This document shows, piece by piece, positions 12,001 to 20,537 of a stretch of 64,000 nt of DNA. The stretch covers positions 2,976,001-3,040,000 of the forward strand of contig CAVVPN010000003.1 of assembly GCA_963750165.1 (NCBI GenBank). Reading direction: 5' to 3'. Positions within the stretch are counted from its first letter, which is position 1; the number at the start of each line of letters is the position of its first letter. Made by a program: the position numbers and the translations under genes. The notes under the pieces are model-generated. The model was not told the DNA's origin. It ran no database searches and was given only the letters and a program-made list of their open reading frames with translations. Origin of the DNA: an uncultured Gemmataceae bacterium. GTDB taxonomy: Bacteria; Planctomycetota; Planctomycetia; Gemmatales; Gemmataceae.

Positions 12001-13271
12001 GCCGGCAAGGTGCCGGTTTCGGCATACGTAATCGCGGTCGGGTAGCCGGTTGCGGTAACAGTGAAGGAATTGTTCGCGCCGGCATTGAAGGTCGTGCTGC
12101 TGGGGCTGGTGATGGACGGTGCCTGGTTGACGGTCACGTTGCTGCCGAAGGCCGCGGAGTTGCTGGCGTTGAAGCCAGTGCCGGGGATATAAAAGGCCTC
12201 GACGCTGGTGTACTGGCCGGGCGGCACGCTGCTGCTCGTTACCGTGAAGGTGGTCGTGTTCGTGCTCGTGGTATTGGTGGTGGCGGTGGCGAGCACGGTG
12301 CCGCTCGTGGTGTCCTTGAACTGCACCGAGCCGGCAGTTGGCGGCGCCGAGTCGGAAGTATCGGTCACGGTGGCGCTGAACGCCACCGGACTGCCGAACG
12401 TGGAGGTCGTGGGGCTGATCGAGTTGATCGCGGTCGAGGTCGAGTCGTTCGCAACAACTGGGGTTCCCGAGATCGTGATATTATCGAAGCGCCAGTTGCC
12501 AGACGAGTTATTCAGGGCGGCTCCCGAGGTGTTGACGCAGTCCGCACCCGTCGAAGCGTTCACCAGCTCGATGGCGAAACTCGGATTATTATTCGCGTTC
12601 GGATCGGTGATGGTGGCGGTCAAGTTGGGCGCCCACTGCTGCCCGCCCGAAATCTGGACATACGAGCCCATGACCGTATTGGGGGAGCTGCTGTTGGTCA
12701 GGGCGGCGACATTGGTGTCGGCCCCCGGGACGGTCACCGGGACATTGGTCCAGGTGGTGCCATCCGTGGTGTATTCGAGCTGCAGCTTCCCTTCACCCTG
12801 AGTCGTCGCATAAAAATCGAAGCTGACGTTAATGGAGTTGTAGCCCACGGTGCTCGCGGCGAACTCGGCGCCCTGCGTGCCGATCGGCGCCTGGCTCGAC
12901 CAGCCGTTGCCGGGGCTCTGCCCGCGGATGCGCCAGATCTGGGTGGTATCGGCGAGCCCGTTGCTGCCCGTGTCGCCGGTCGCACCCTGCGTGACATCGT
13001 CGGTGTTCGTGCTGGTGGTGCCGTTGTACGAGTTGGTCATGCCCAGCCCGCTGGCCGTCCCGGTCCCGGTCGAAGGCGTCGGGCTGTTATTCACGGCGAT
13101 CGTGTTGTTCTCGAACGTCCACTGCGTGACCGTGCTGGGCACGACGCGGTCTTCCAGGGGTTCGACAAACAGGCGACCTTTGCGGATTTCCGCGAGGGTC
13201 CGCTTCTGGGTTCTGGCAGCGGTCTTGGAGGACTTCTGGAGGCGATTGAAGAGGTAATTCTTCCAGGCCAT
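1..13271 (-). CDS. Giant secreted multidomain surface protein (>4,420 aa, 3' end outside window). Planctomycete extracellular N-terminal motif, duplicated N-terminal domain, four propeller-like repeats, Ig-like and PKD-like domains, then cohesin/dockerin-like modules
   Basis: ATG at 13271 with GGAG upstream; reads MAWKNYLFNRLQKSS...RLFVEPLEDRVVPS. The same frame reads sensibly at position 1 (QVTNVTVGSLLTGFSLTTN). It is absent from the ORF track, consistent with no stop in the window. The long + strand ORFs (759, 6177, 9096) are codon-aligned antisense shadows. Confidence 0.9.
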   Translation of the reverse strand, partial: MAWKNYLFNRLQKSSKTAARTQKRTLAEIRKGRLFVEPLEDRVVPSTVTQWTFENNTIAVNNSPTPSTGTGTASGLGMTNSYNGTTSTNTDDVTQGATGDTGSNGLADTTQIWRIRGQSPGNGWSSQAPIGTQGAEFAASTVGYNSINVSFDFYATTQGEGKLQLEYTTDGTTWTNVPVTVPGADTNVAALTNSSSPNTVMGSYVQISGGQQWAPNLTATITDPNANNNPSFAIELVNASTGADCVNTSGAALNNSSGNWRFDNITISGTPVVANDSTSTAINSISPTTSTFGSPVAFSATVTDTSDSAPPTAGSVQFKDTTSGTVLATATTNTTSTNTTTFTVTSSSVPPGQYTSVEAFYIPGTGFNASNSAAFGSNVTVNQAPSITSPSSTTFNAGANNSFTVTATGYPTAITYAETGTLPAGVTFNTGTGVLSGVPTQAGSFPLSFTATNSAGTGPAQGFTLTVIAVPLAPSFALAQWSFENNTIAVNNSPTPSLGTGTASGLGMTNSYNGTTSTNTDDVTQGVAGDTGSNGLADTTQTWRVRGQSPGNGWSSQAPIGTQGAEFATSTVGYGGPINVSFDWYATTQGEGKLQVEYTTNGGTTWTNVPVNVPAADLSSVTAHTNSSSPNTVVGSYVQISGQNWAPNLSVSITDPAAANNPNFAIELVNASTGADCVNTAGAALNNSSGNWRFDNINISAYKQYTPGNLVVLQAGDGVASYNAQAPLFLNEIGTTTAQTSLIAITGTTADSMGNVTVTTGPGTQNFSVGQYVQVSGVQVGSTINSAYNGVFAVASVNNAGNMFTYADPAAAGLAAGTPAPLTSGASGGAWAYAVVQQDSIPAVTGAGAQAGNQPITIDLSAAAGNGQLNRSADGGALSFDGIDSTVNNGGLTSPSTPTGQNNRVVAVLAGNPGTALATTTPNTPSLTSSFYNSTTQGAFYVGDDNRGSVAATPVGPIWTAGHPNQAGGAVSQGIHYFPTEGPSPGTQASASTNIRGITIGFDGRVYGSTASMTAGATILNTAGIFTEAQAQPTGPTPANDIQVVPALFGASKLGGIYVADVNGDGIVDNGDRLYFVDDGTVGHAGTGGIYVSVWNDAITWNPWNTPNNVAAAAAGFVNHWSVPVRLGDAPIQVGAGGVGQLRGITGTVLPSGVVQLYTTAYDNTATSTSSDNSLVQSWTDPNTGNAITRATESGTTVTLTFATNVAPAWLNQMIQVDGVVVTTANSNGLGGAAINAGYNGIFQVLSVSGNTLTYTDTNSGASNLAEIDNAGAADPTLTGTVIAEVNAGSDNITNTSSPGYFGDVALRGVAFAPVAATNVVLSQAPTNPLNPGTAVTLTATLSNPESGVNLNGEVVTFIDQNTNTILGQATVGASVSNEAILTLPSGVSGNHYVQAYFAGGGVQALAPARSNTIQIIEDGDYDTLTVLTSNLSAAAVGKQVTLTATVTTDVAGDHGATGTVSFYLGSVTPANLLGTSSLNATTGIATLNTAFATAGTDTVIAIYNGSNQYESGEQSNIPVTINVAANATATFSSSANNVALNATPTYTVSVAGNSTVGNPAGSVIFTLTSATTGAVIGTSSAIALTGSGNTTTATWSNAPALSQPGSYFVTLSYTPSGTSGYNAFTVDTTGSTSGTAFVETVKQAFTPGNLVAVQRGDGNINLGSSGYLVFLDEYTTSGTLVQRIALPNLDAGTTHALLLSGQNGGEGLLNRSANGAYLTVAGYDVPVGRTFLTSTFPYQFPRTIALVDGTGGVNTTTAIGVANPTGSGVPASIKSATATGTGTGQTVTITLNSSNFFMAGQTVTISGITDGTSGTAYDGTFTITAASGTTLSYVDPNNISSTSPTVSSATAASPASVPYNPTDVVSYDGSQFYLGSNLPVGDTTDSGILYVGSVGATTATQIGPVNTGSASIGIAGGQLYNTTGGGHTTAVGTGLPTTIGQTLTPLPAFSQNYNLFYPGKENAEEVLLLNTADGSTNNPNVAYVADQANGLLKFWLNTPATISTLSDDGTGLVTVTTTAANTLVSGQFVQITGASDATFNGTFLITVTDNMHFTYQRTSGAVATATGGTAAQWVYGGFDTSTGMYDGTFGAKLISAGGVTAVTGYVVNPGTATAKIQLYVTGVNVQQANPNQIDAYLDTNGAAPLSGTTGVDQGFGFNGTSPNRVFTNLAFVGGAPTTNPTSPNANMNFSGLAFVPGYATSTAVAVTGNATAGYSVTATVTDPTGGANVPTGAVYFYLDGSSTPYGSALLNGGVATLTIAAGALSGEHSFTAVYQGDVKDDQSTGVSGQAFGAGNLIATVGTVGSNANATATSVSEFQTTGGAAVQTIYLPTSGAGELTLKGTNPVVSGVTIPEGLVSDSADGHTASLAGYLVDAGASTSGAASAIALLQANGSVSTATQIASSDIGGSVKAAISADGLGFWVAGSNYLRYVPFGNSASTPSVLVSNYYPGANTVEIQPGNGQTGTAAQAGQIYITGAAGSPGGGLSSIDGPAQVLGGLATVAGQAETTLGNGGGTDFNTGRDAFGNFPATGQIAVSPNGRTIFVADSRTDSLGGILEYYDTLGSGQWNLVGQAQVDATADGGLQGLVVDFSNVSAPIIYATTTAASGNRIVEITGGTTNGSAPSFVFTTVETAAAGTAFRGVAFAPQAAGTATSTTMAQVTTTPPGTYADSTTNVVLSATVTGSGPTPTGYVSFQTSTGVEIGSAPLVNGTATLAPVSDLLVAQSGTITAVYTGDSFYASSSDNSQMATVAQEATTTTVSAQFATVTTTTSDTFTAQVTFTGSNAVLTGTVQFWRDATSTGAGGTKIGSAVNLTPTIVNGVLEFLATASGTLPSAGSPHNIFAVYTGDNNFVGSQNAAGSPAVTVVVAPTITVATSNANPGNNGASVMETVTVSGSGGTPTGYVQFYDNLLPIGSPVMLSGGTASVGLTTAVLQGTDTNGNQFLLPGIQSITAVYSGDGTYFQGMGVYQQAVQTNAFGVGDKFVQRIGDGITSLNAPTGSTVQGAIGSTIYIDEITTAGTIVQSIILPANDGTGTQNTIHAIVGNGQQSTTEQMTVDGANSALWLTGYDTNPLLGVTVSTTGVVSGQGTLAPGIPTVSGSIIRAIARVTTAGAVADETFTKGNSGSGFGNFNAVFSPDGNQFYLAGDGDMTYFANFTPSSSTVSPTATIDTTQTGTVTALETEAGNLVMVSPPGFGNDGPQVFSGFPTSAQSASNLPGFSDAAALAGGQASTFFVDAYFTHLDNTAGPGGTSTAPVGINTFYLSDDGPSFAMGAITKWSLVDGTWMVTDHITAPGAAPNPISYYYISGQTLSEGPGSSAVGNVTLYVTYGNGGNADPGPGQLFSITDDSGYDAVGLTDPIIYQTGTSSNMVYRGVASFSMTDLSGSGMPVTATQNTPATNVQVATFVDSDITTMAAAMAEVGTYSVSINWGDGTATSAGTVSIVSTSGSGTTFAVTGTHTYTVPTASGHSYAVHVTINDPDQPTALLLSTTATVAYATTPFNVLTGTGTPIINKLINVSFTSQVGTFTDVIPFGGSANPVSDYTAMITWGDGTAASVGTITLGSANGNVQTYIVTGTHAYGVSTAPGAAFPVSFTITSSLGNANPLTVNTTAKVLDAFDTGDLTGTGVNVSANATQSFSGPVATFTDPAQYGGTAEPANSYLVTINWGDGSPLDTTSGVVTITNNTTGAYSVAGTHTYATSGSFTVTTTVMEIASPEMATMMSTATVTSSSIMTSTTITDLGPNPSLNFGSTVQAVPFLVHVTSTSGSVTGDMVSLSDNGVAISGATGTLDASGNATITLSSAAVLTVGTHPISANFAAQGSFGPSASGPVNQVVTSTFQVNSATVSGNYVQLVFDGPIDPNTTQLFYSPGATAVAPDVTLTGPSGSVKGSLLIDATHPNVATFVATAGELAPGNYTVAVTNSVKAVGGATLASNYSQALTVASPVLTPVVTAAFVARGPGQTVNIPNSSTGLPITLSGITSAVQSLSFTLTYDPTLLSVTAATLSTDAASNGNLVLNPISFTSIDAHHMLITFTIVGGSGGGHWNPTGGTGTLLTLTATVPQNAPYTDKALLATQSVVLNGTAAQGDDAIDVNAYQGDIDGSHTYTGLDASLIDRVSVGQGTGFSVFKDLDPWIIGSVTASGTLGVTGLDAADVDKAAVGSFPSVIPQPPTGFTITGPLGPDPRLYLAAATGGDGQTVTVQERFNVSGADPSTEIDAIDSVIEYDPSKFTVSNIRAGSLLPGFSVTTNVDAVHGVIRVSEFTANPAQAPNPTDGDVLLLDFTVNSSAPLGPSPLKLAASYTDANNTSTTTAVYNATSALTLGPAPQNPSTLPLSGSTVSPFVTNVDNYFSVVGHSGTEGFPANTTATAGGTVTIPINFSNGPVPFNIAAVDNAIKFNPLLLQVTNVTVGSLLTGFSLTTN
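11170..13130 (-). repeat. Intragenic duplication of a ~220-aa domain (approx. 11170-11835 and 12475-13130)
   Basis: Both copies read QW(T/S)FENNTIAVNNSPTPS...GNGWSSQAPIGTQGAEFA...SGNWRFDNI, with long identical DNA stretches. Confidence 0.9.
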
Positions 13272-14069
13272 TGTCAGCAACTCCATAGGAGGTCAAGTAG
13301 CGGTGCATCCGGGCTCCGCGAACCCATGCCGCCACCAAGGGGATCGAAGAAACGTTGAAACGGCCGATCACTCACCCTGAACAGACCCCAGTTGAGGTTC
13401 TGGTATGTTGAAGTGAGTGTTATACTTTCGGATTGTGAGGATTTCGCAAGCATTGATTGATGGTTGGGCCAATAATTCGTTAAACCTGGTATCAGGCGTA
13501 GGTTAGGTCACGAAAAGGCAGCGCCTCGGCGCGCACGCCGGACGAGGGGCGGAGATCGATGCTGGTTTTTTGGTTGGAGTGGTTTACTTCCTTGCCAGTC
13601 CAGGTTGTCCAGTCAAGTTGCTTTGGGTGGAAGCAAGTTCGCCGGGTGAGCACACTGGCCCTGGGAGTTCAGACTGCGAGTTCGTTTACCTTACTCTCCA
13701 CCAGGTTAAACGCAATCGGTCAACGGATCGGACAATTTCCTCCCCGTGGCGGTCGCTCCGGTGGCGGGAAGTGCCCCGAGCCCATTGCGGATTTTCCCCT
13801 GGCCCAACGGTATTTACAGCCGTTCATCTGTCCCCGGCTGCGGCGCGTTTCCGTTCACTCTCACCGAATCCTCACCAGGGCTTCATCCCCAGCAGAAATC
13901 CCACAGTAAAATCATCCTGCGTCTGCTCCAGCACGGGCCGTGAACGGCGTGGGTGGATAAGCGCCATTGCAACAGCCGTTTGAAGAACCCAAGAAGTATG
14001 TGTGAAATCCACCAGGAACCCATTGCCATGCACTTGGTCCTGATTAGAGTGGGAAGGATGGTTGACCAG

Positions 14070-14549
14070 ATGGTGTTTTTTCGCTCCGGGAAACAATGGT
14101 TCTCCCCGGCGCGGCCGGTTCGCGAAAGCCTGATCGGCCCCGCCGGTTGGTGGTTGTTCGTGTTGGTTCCCCTGTTCGCCGGCTGTGGTGGCGACGGCAA
14201 GCCGCCGCTGCATCCGGTTGAGGGAAAAGTGTTTGTGGACAAGAAGCCCGCCCATCGGGCGGTGGTCTGGTTGCACCCGGTCACGCCGGAGAGCAAGCGG
14301 CCCCCGTTGCCGCACGCCCAGGTCGCGGAAGACGGTAGTTTCCGTCTGGGCACTTACAGAATCGGGGATGGGGCGGCGCCCGGCAAGTATCGGGTGATCA
14401 TTACCTGGACCGAGGCAGTCAAGTCCGGCGACGTTGCCGGCAAGAATTTGTTACCTGCCCGCTACCAGAGCCTGGAAAATTCGGGCCTGCCCGTTGTGGA
14501 GATCAAGGAGGGGACCAACGAGCTTCCGCCATTTCACCTGACCCGGTAA
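14070..14549 (+). CDS. Small lipoprotein, carboxypeptidase-regulatory-like fold, typical DUF1559 partner (start uncertain)
   Basis: Lipobox LFAGC, then PVEGKVFVD...DGSFRLGTY...GAAPGKYRVII...LPARY. Confidence 0.75.
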   Translation: MVFFRSGKQWFSPARPVRESLIGPAGWWLFVLVPLFAGCGGDGKPPLHPVEGKVFVDKKPAHRAVVWLHPVTPESKRPPLPHAQVAEDGSFRLGTYRIGDGAAPGKYRVIITWTEAVKSGDVAGKNLLPARYQSLENSGLPVVEIKEGTNELPPFHLTR

Positions 14550-14582
14550 CCCCACAACATCCGCCCACCAACCGGAGAATGC

Positions 14583-15509
<927 letters not shown>

Positions 15510-15524
15510 AGCAGTTTGCGAACC

Positions 15525-15577
15525 GCGCGAAGCCGCCAGACCGGCGCTGCCCTGGTCTGCCGCTGGCGGCTTCGCGC
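15525..15577. repeat. REP-like palindrome between convergent genes
   Basis: GCGCGAAGCCGCCAG ... CTGGCGGCTTCGCGC. Confidence 0.7.
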
Positions 15578-15591
15578 ACGTCACCAGCCCA

Positions 15592-16755
15592 CTACTGCTG
15601 TTTCTGGCTGCGCTCGCGCTCGTCGTGGGCGGCGCGGCGCTGGTAATCGAGGCCGGCGAACTGCGGGTCGGTCAACAACTGGTCCAGGCACTCCCGCGCC
15701 CGCTCACCCTCGCCCAGCTTCGTGAAGCACTCCGCCAGGTAGTACAGCGCCTTGGCGTGCTCCTCCTTATCCTGGTTGTAAATCACATCGACCCACAGGA
15801 ACTGCCAGCGTGCCTCCTGCCACTGCTGGTTGCGGAAGTGGCAGAAGCCCAGCGTGTTGTACGCCGTCGCCTTGATCTGCTTGTCGGTCGTGTCCGTCAG
15901 GATTTGCTTGGCGTACTTCTCGGCCTCGTTGACCCGGTTCAGCTCCGTCAGCATCTCCGCCAGCGCCAGGTAGGTGCGCTGCTGCTGAATGCCCCTGGGT
16001 AGCGACTCGCCCAGCGTCTTCAACTTGCCGACCGACTCGCTGAAGCGCCGGGTCGCCTCCTCGGTCTTGCCCTCGGCCCGCGCCGCCCGGCCTGCTTCCA
16101 TGCCCACCTGCAGCGCCCGCAGCTGGGCGAACTTCCGCAGTTCCTCCGCCACCGGCAATTTGGCCAGCGTGCTGTACGACTCCTCGGCGTCGGCCCATTG
16201 CTTCTGTTCGATTTGCAACTGGGCCAGCGTCTTCAGCGCCGTGCTGATCTGCCATGACTTCGGGTGCTTTTTCGTGAAGTCGCGCAGCCGCGCCACCGCC
16301 GCCTGGCGCGTCGCCTCCTGACGGTCCAGGTCCGACAGCTCGACCGTCAGCACGGCGGCCTTGTATTCCAGGTGCTGCTTGGCCGCCGGGTCCGTCCCTG
16401 CGTTCAGCGCCGCGGCGCCCTCCTGGAACAGTTTGATCGCCTCGGCCAGCAGCGCCGTCCGCTTGTCCCCCTTGGCGGCACGCGCCGCCTTCTCCTTGTT
16501 CAGCGCCGGCCGCATTTTCTGAATCGACACCGACGCCGAGGCCAGTTCGTACTCCGCGTCCAGAATCTTCTCGGTCGGAATCAGCACTTCCTTCTTGGCC
16601 ACCAGTCTGATGCCAAGTGGCGATTCGCTCTTGAGAATGCCCTTGATCGGCAGCTTGGCGTCCGGCGTGTAGACTGTGACGGTGCGCTGCGCCAGCGCCG
16701 GCGCCTGCCAGCACGCCGCGGCCAGCAGCGCCAGGGCGGGAATCAAACGCTTCAT
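15592..16755 (-). CDS. Secreted TPR-repeat protein
   Basis: Signal peptide MKRLIPALALLAAACWQAPALA; TPR-like helices (AYNTLGFCHF, FLWVDVIY, ALYYLAECF). Confidence 0.8.
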   Translation of the reverse strand: MKRLIPALALLAAACWQAPALAQRTVTVYTPDAKLPIKGILKSESPLGIRLVAKKEVLIPTEKILDAEYELASASVSIQKMRPALNKEKAARAAKGDKRTALLAEAIKLFQEGAAALNAGTDPAAKQHLEYKAAVLTVELSDLDRQEATRQAAVARLRDFTKKHPKSWQISTALKTLAQLQIEQKQWADAEESYSTLAKLPVAEELRKFAQLRALQVGMEAGRAARAEGKTEEATRRFSESVGKLKTLGESLPRGIQQQRTYLALAEMLTELNRVNEAEKYAKQILTDTTDKQIKATAYNTLGFCHFRNQQWQEARWQFLWVDVIYNQDKEEHAKALYYLAECFTKLGEGERARECLDQLLTDPQFAGLDYQRRAAHDERERSQKQQ

Positions 16756-16779
16756 CGGGGATGCTCCTTCGGGGTTGCT

Positions 16780-16852
16780 GTCTTTGTTCGTAGTACCGCC
16801 TTCAGGCGGTCTTCGCCCAGGACCGCCTGAAGGCGGTACTACGAACAAAGAC
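16780..16852. repeat. GTAG-type REP doublet, perfect ~32-bp inverted repeat
   Basis: GTCTTTGTTCGTAGTACCGCCTTCAGGCGGTC...GACCGCCTGAAGGCGGTACTACGAACAAAGAC. Confidence 0.85.
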
Positions 16853-16874
16853 CAACCCATTTCGCCACCGCTTG

Positions 16875-19800
16875 TTACTTCGTGAAGTTCTTCGGGATGT
16901 TGTACTTCTTCGTCAGGTCAGGCAGCCGCTCGTACAGCAGCGGCTCGGCCCTGATGAGTTCCAGAAAGCGCGGCCCGGCGACTTCCCAGCCTTCGCGGTT
17001 CGGGCTGTTCTCCAGGCGCGTGATATAATCCGCGGCGATTTTGTACCACTGCTCCTGCTTCTCCCTGGTCTTGGCGCCGAGCTTGCCGTACATGAACGTG
17101 GAGTACGTGAGGTGGTAGTAGCACTCGAAATACAGCGCCTTGTTGCGGCGCTGCTCGGCCACGGTCTTGCCGGGGTCGGACATGCCCTTGATTAACTCCG
17201 GCCGATTGATGAACTTGCGCCAGCCGATGACCGCGTTGCCGAAGCGGCCCGCGTCCTCCTCCACATGGAGTAATTCTTTCTGCCCCAGGAACTTCGCCAT
17301 CGATTGCGGGTCGGTCTGCACACCCTCCAGCACTTCCTTGGCCTTCTTCAAGTCCTTGTTCAGCCGTAACTCGGTGCCGTAAAGCACCCGCATCAGCCAG
17401 TAGCGCTGCAGCTCCTGAAGCTCCTTCTTGTCCAGCTTGTCGAGCTTCCTGGCGTGGTCGATCTTCGGCCGTTCTACCTTCTCCAGGTACTTCACCGCCT
17501 CGGCGTGCTTGCCCAGGCTGGCGTAGCTGTTGGCCAGGAAGATGAAATCGCTCTTCTGGTTGAGCCGGCCCTGCTCCTCCTTCAGCTTGTCCAGGAACAG
17601 CGAGAAGTTCTTGACCGTCGCTGCCAATTTCTTCTCGTTCCTGGCGGCCTTCAGCGTCTTGACCTGCTCGCGCAACTCGCGGATGAAGATTTCCAGCTCC
17701 GGCGCCACCGGGTCGAGGGCGCCGCGCTCCGGGCGGACACGCAGCAGCAGGCCGAGCACGTCCAGCGCCTCGGGCACCTTGCCGACCTGCACGTCCGCTC
17801 GCATCGCCAGGCCGAGCAGGTTGGCGATCACGCGGTCGTCCCGGAGGACGATGGCCTGCGCGTCGTCGCGCTGCTTGCGCAGCGCCTCGACCCTCTCCCT
17901 GAGTGGCTCCGCCTTGCCGGCGTCCTTGTTGGCCGCCAGGGCTTTCTCGGCGGCGGCGAGCGGCGGCGCCAGCCGGGCGGCCGCCGCGGCGCCGGCCTGG
18001 CCGCGCTGCCGCACCGCCGCGACCACCGGCTGCGCGATCGCCGGACTCAACACTTCCTGGTACTTGCTCTCCTGGTAAGCGACCTGACCCAGACCGAGAC
18101 GCACGCGGTAGTCCAGCGCCGTCATCGCCAGCTGGAAGTTGCCGCGCAGGTCGTCGTTCAACGCCTTGCCGGCCAGGGCGTACTCCTTCTCCATCCGCGC
18201 CGTGAACTGGCCCAGCGCCTTGTATTTGGCGACCGCCTCCTTCGTCTTCGCCTCCGCCAGCAGGCTGGCGGCCTCCGCGAAGAGCATGTTGCCCTGCTCC
18301 AGTTGCACCGAGAAGTACAGCTGCACGGTCCCCGCGTCGGTGTTCGCCGAGACGCCCTTGAGGCCCTGCATGATCTTCTCAAACTCGTCCTTGAAGTAGG
18401 TCCGGTCCTTGATCTTTTCCGCGTTCTTCTTCGGGTCGATCTTCTTGGGGTCGCGCTCCAGGTTCTTGTCGGCGTTCTTCATGCCCAGCAGGGCCGCGTA
18501 CGCCCCCTGACACTGCGCGTACTGGTAGCCGCGGAAGCTGGGGTCCAGCTTGCCGAACAATTTAATGGCCTTCTTCGTCCAGTCCACTTCTTTTTGATAC
18601 TTCTTTTCCGGGTCGCTCTCCGTGAGGTCGTTCTGCACGTCGGCCTTCTCGCGGAGACAGGCCATCGCCTGCTGATAGCGGACGATTTGCAGGACCGGTT
18701 CGCCTTTCCAGAGATCGGCGCGTTTGGTCATCAAGAAGTCAGCGAAGGCCAGGAACTGCTTGCGTGCCGCCTTGGCCTTGTCGCCGCTCATCAGCCGCGT
18801 GTACGCCTCGACGGCGTAGCCGGCGGTGGCAGCCGAGAACTTCGTCTGCACGTTAGCACGGGCGACCTTTTCACCGAGCGCGGCCGCCGCCGCCGACGCC
18901 TGCGGGGTGTTCAGCAGCAGGTAAAAATAGGTCAGGTAATACCTGGCCTCGGCGATCTTCTTGACGCGATCCTTCAGGGTCGTGTCCTTCTCGGCCATGT
19001 CGATGCCGCGGCGGAACGCCTTGATGACGTTGTTCTCGTGTTCTTCCTTTTGCTCCTCCAGTTCCTTGCGTTTGTCGCTGTCCTTGACGCGGGCCAGCTG
19101 GGCGGCGGTTTCCTGCGACTTGTACAGCTCGAAGCGGGCCTTGAGGAAGCATTCATCCGCGTTCTTGAGCTGCTCGACCGGCGTCTTCTCGCCCATGCGG
19201 CGGATGTTGAGGGCGATCTGGTAGCGGGTGGCCTCCTCGGTGAAGTCGTTGTCGCTGTCGGCGATGGTGGTGAACCAGCGCAGGGCCTTGTCGGCCAGCG
19301 CCTCGGCCGTCGCCAGTTTTTTCTTGTCCTTGACGGCCTTGGGGTTTTTCGCGCTCGCCTTCGCGACCTCCGCCTTGAGTTCGTTGGACTCGGCCAGGTA
19401 AGCGCTGGCCAGGGCGAAGCGGACGGCGATGCCGTCGGCCGTATTGTTCTGGCCGCGGTAGATCTTCAACCAGTCCAGAGCCTCCTTCTGGACCATTTTG
19501 ACACGCTCGTGCGGCGTCCCCTTGAGGTCGGGGTCCTTCATGATGTGCTGGATCTGGTACGCCTTGACGAGACGCTGGCCGGAGGCGGCCTCGGCGGCGT
19601 CGGCGTTGAGCACCTTGTTGAGGTAATACTTGGTCTTGGCGGTGTCGAGGTTTTCGCCCTTGTAGAGACGGAACAGCCAGGCGCGGGCCAGGTGCAGGGC
19701 CTCGGCCTTCTCATCCTTGCCGGCGTCCTTCTCGATGGCTTCCAGGGCCTTGCGGGCCTCGTCCAGCAGCAGAGCGCGACGGGTGCTCTCGGCCTGACGC

Positions 19801-20378
19801 GAGCGGTCGAGGATGGTCTGGGCCTGGTCGAGGAGGTTTTTGGCGACCTCGAACTTGACCATAAGTTGATCCTGCGGTTGGGTGAGCGCCTTGGCGGCGG
19901 CGGCGAGTTCACCGCCGGCGAGCTTGTAGTGTTCCTCGGCCTTGCGGGCGAGGTCGAGGATGCTGACGCGGTCCTCGGCGCGGTTGGCCTGGCTGAGCAG
20001 GGCCTGGCCCTCGTAGGTGGCGACGCGCGCCTTTTCCAGACGGGCCTGGGCGGCGGCCGGCGAGCCCTCATTGGCCCTGGCGTAATTCTCCAGCTCAACG
20101 CGGGCTTCCTCGAACAGCTTCTTGCGCTGCTCGGAGGCCATCTCGCGGGCCATGCTGATCTTGGTGCGGGCGACTTCCACGGGGATGAGCTTTTTCAGCG
20201 CGGCTGAGCCGGTCTTCTGGAGCTTGCTGAGGTACTCCAGGGCCAGCGGCGCCATGCGGCGTTCACGCAGTCTGCGAACGAACTCCAGTTGCGTCTGGTC
20301 GTCCTCGTCGGCGCGGGCGCTGGCGGCGCCCGCCAGGCCCAGCACGGTCAGCAGCAACAGAGAGAGGATGCGCTTCAT
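16875..20378 (-). CDS. Large secreted all-helical/TPR-like protein (1167 aa)
   Basis: Signal peptide MKRILSLLLLTVLGLAGAASARA; K/E/A/L-rich helical sequence; same strand as the downstream TPR gene. Confidence 0.85.
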   Translation of the reverse strand: MKRILSLLLLTVLGLAGAASARADEDDQTQLEFVRRLRERRMAPLALEYLSKLQKTGSAALKKLIPVEVARTKISMAREMASEQRKKLFEEARVELENYARANEGSPAAAQARLEKARVATYEGQALLSQANRAEDRVSILDLARKAEEHYKLAGGELAAAAKALTQPQDQLMVKFEVAKNLLDQAQTILDRSRQAESTRRALLLDEARKALEAIEKDAGKDEKAEALHLARAWLFRLYKGENLDTAKTKYYLNKVLNADAAEAASGQRLVKAYQIQHIMKDPDLKGTPHERVKMVQKEALDWLKIYRGQNNTADGIAVRFALASAYLAESNELKAEVAKASAKNPKAVKDKKKLATAEALADKALRWFTTIADSDNDFTEEATRYQIALNIRRMGEKTPVEQLKNADECFLKARFELYKSQETAAQLARVKDSDKRKELEEQKEEHENNVIKAFRRGIDMAEKDTTLKDRVKKIAEARYYLTYFYLLLNTPQASAAAAALGEKVARANVQTKFSAATAGYAVEAYTRLMSGDKAKAARKQFLAFADFLMTKRADLWKGEPVLQIVRYQQAMACLREKADVQNDLTESDPEKKYQKEVDWTKKAIKLFGKLDPSFRGYQYAQCQGAYAALLGMKNADKNLERDPKKIDPKKNAEKIKDRTYFKDEFEKIMQGLKGVSANTDAGTVQLYFSVQLEQGNMLFAEAASLLAEAKTKEAVAKYKALGQFTARMEKEYALAGKALNDDLRGNFQLAMTALDYRVRLGLGQVAYQESKYQEVLSPAIAQPVVAAVRQRGQAGAAAAARLAPPLAAAEKALAANKDAGKAEPLRERVEALRKQRDDAQAIVLRDDRVIANLLGLAMRADVQVGKVPEALDVLGLLLRVRPERGALDPVAPELEIFIRELREQVKTLKAARNEKKLAATVKNFSLFLDKLKEEQGRLNQKSDFIFLANSYASLGKHAEAVKYLEKVERPKIDHARKLDKLDKKELQELQRYWLMRVLYGTELRLNKDLKKAKEVLEGVQTDPQSMAKFLGQKELLHVEEDAGRFGNAVIGWRKFINRPELIKGMSDPGKTVAEQRRNKALYFECYYHLTYSTFMYGKLGAKTREKQEQWYKIAADYITRLENSPNREGWEVAGPRFLELIRAEPLLYERLPDLTKKYNIPKNFTK

Positions 20379-20501
20379 GATGCGGCTCGATCGGTAGGTT
20401 CGGGTTGTGGAACAGAAGGGGCCGGCGTCGCAGACGGGGCGGCACTTCGTTTCAGTATAAATGAACGGCGGAGGCGGTCAAGCGTTTGGCGCGAACCGGC
20501 C

Positions 20502-20530
20502 GTGACCGCGGCACTGTCCTCATATATGAT
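20502..20530 (+). promoter_or_regulatory. Putative sigma70 promoter of rnpB
   Basis: GTGACC-N17-TATGAT ending 7 nt before the P1 helix. Confidence 0.55.
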
Positions 20531-20537
20531 ACACCAG

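Noticed and set aside
759..13358. Very long + strand ORFs (1803, 932 and 1420 aa)
   Set aside because: Codon-aligned antisense shadows of the giant minus-strand gene; G/R/V-rich with no recognisable motifs
17454..20207. 917-aa + strand ORF
   Set aside because: Antisense shadow of the 1167-aa gene
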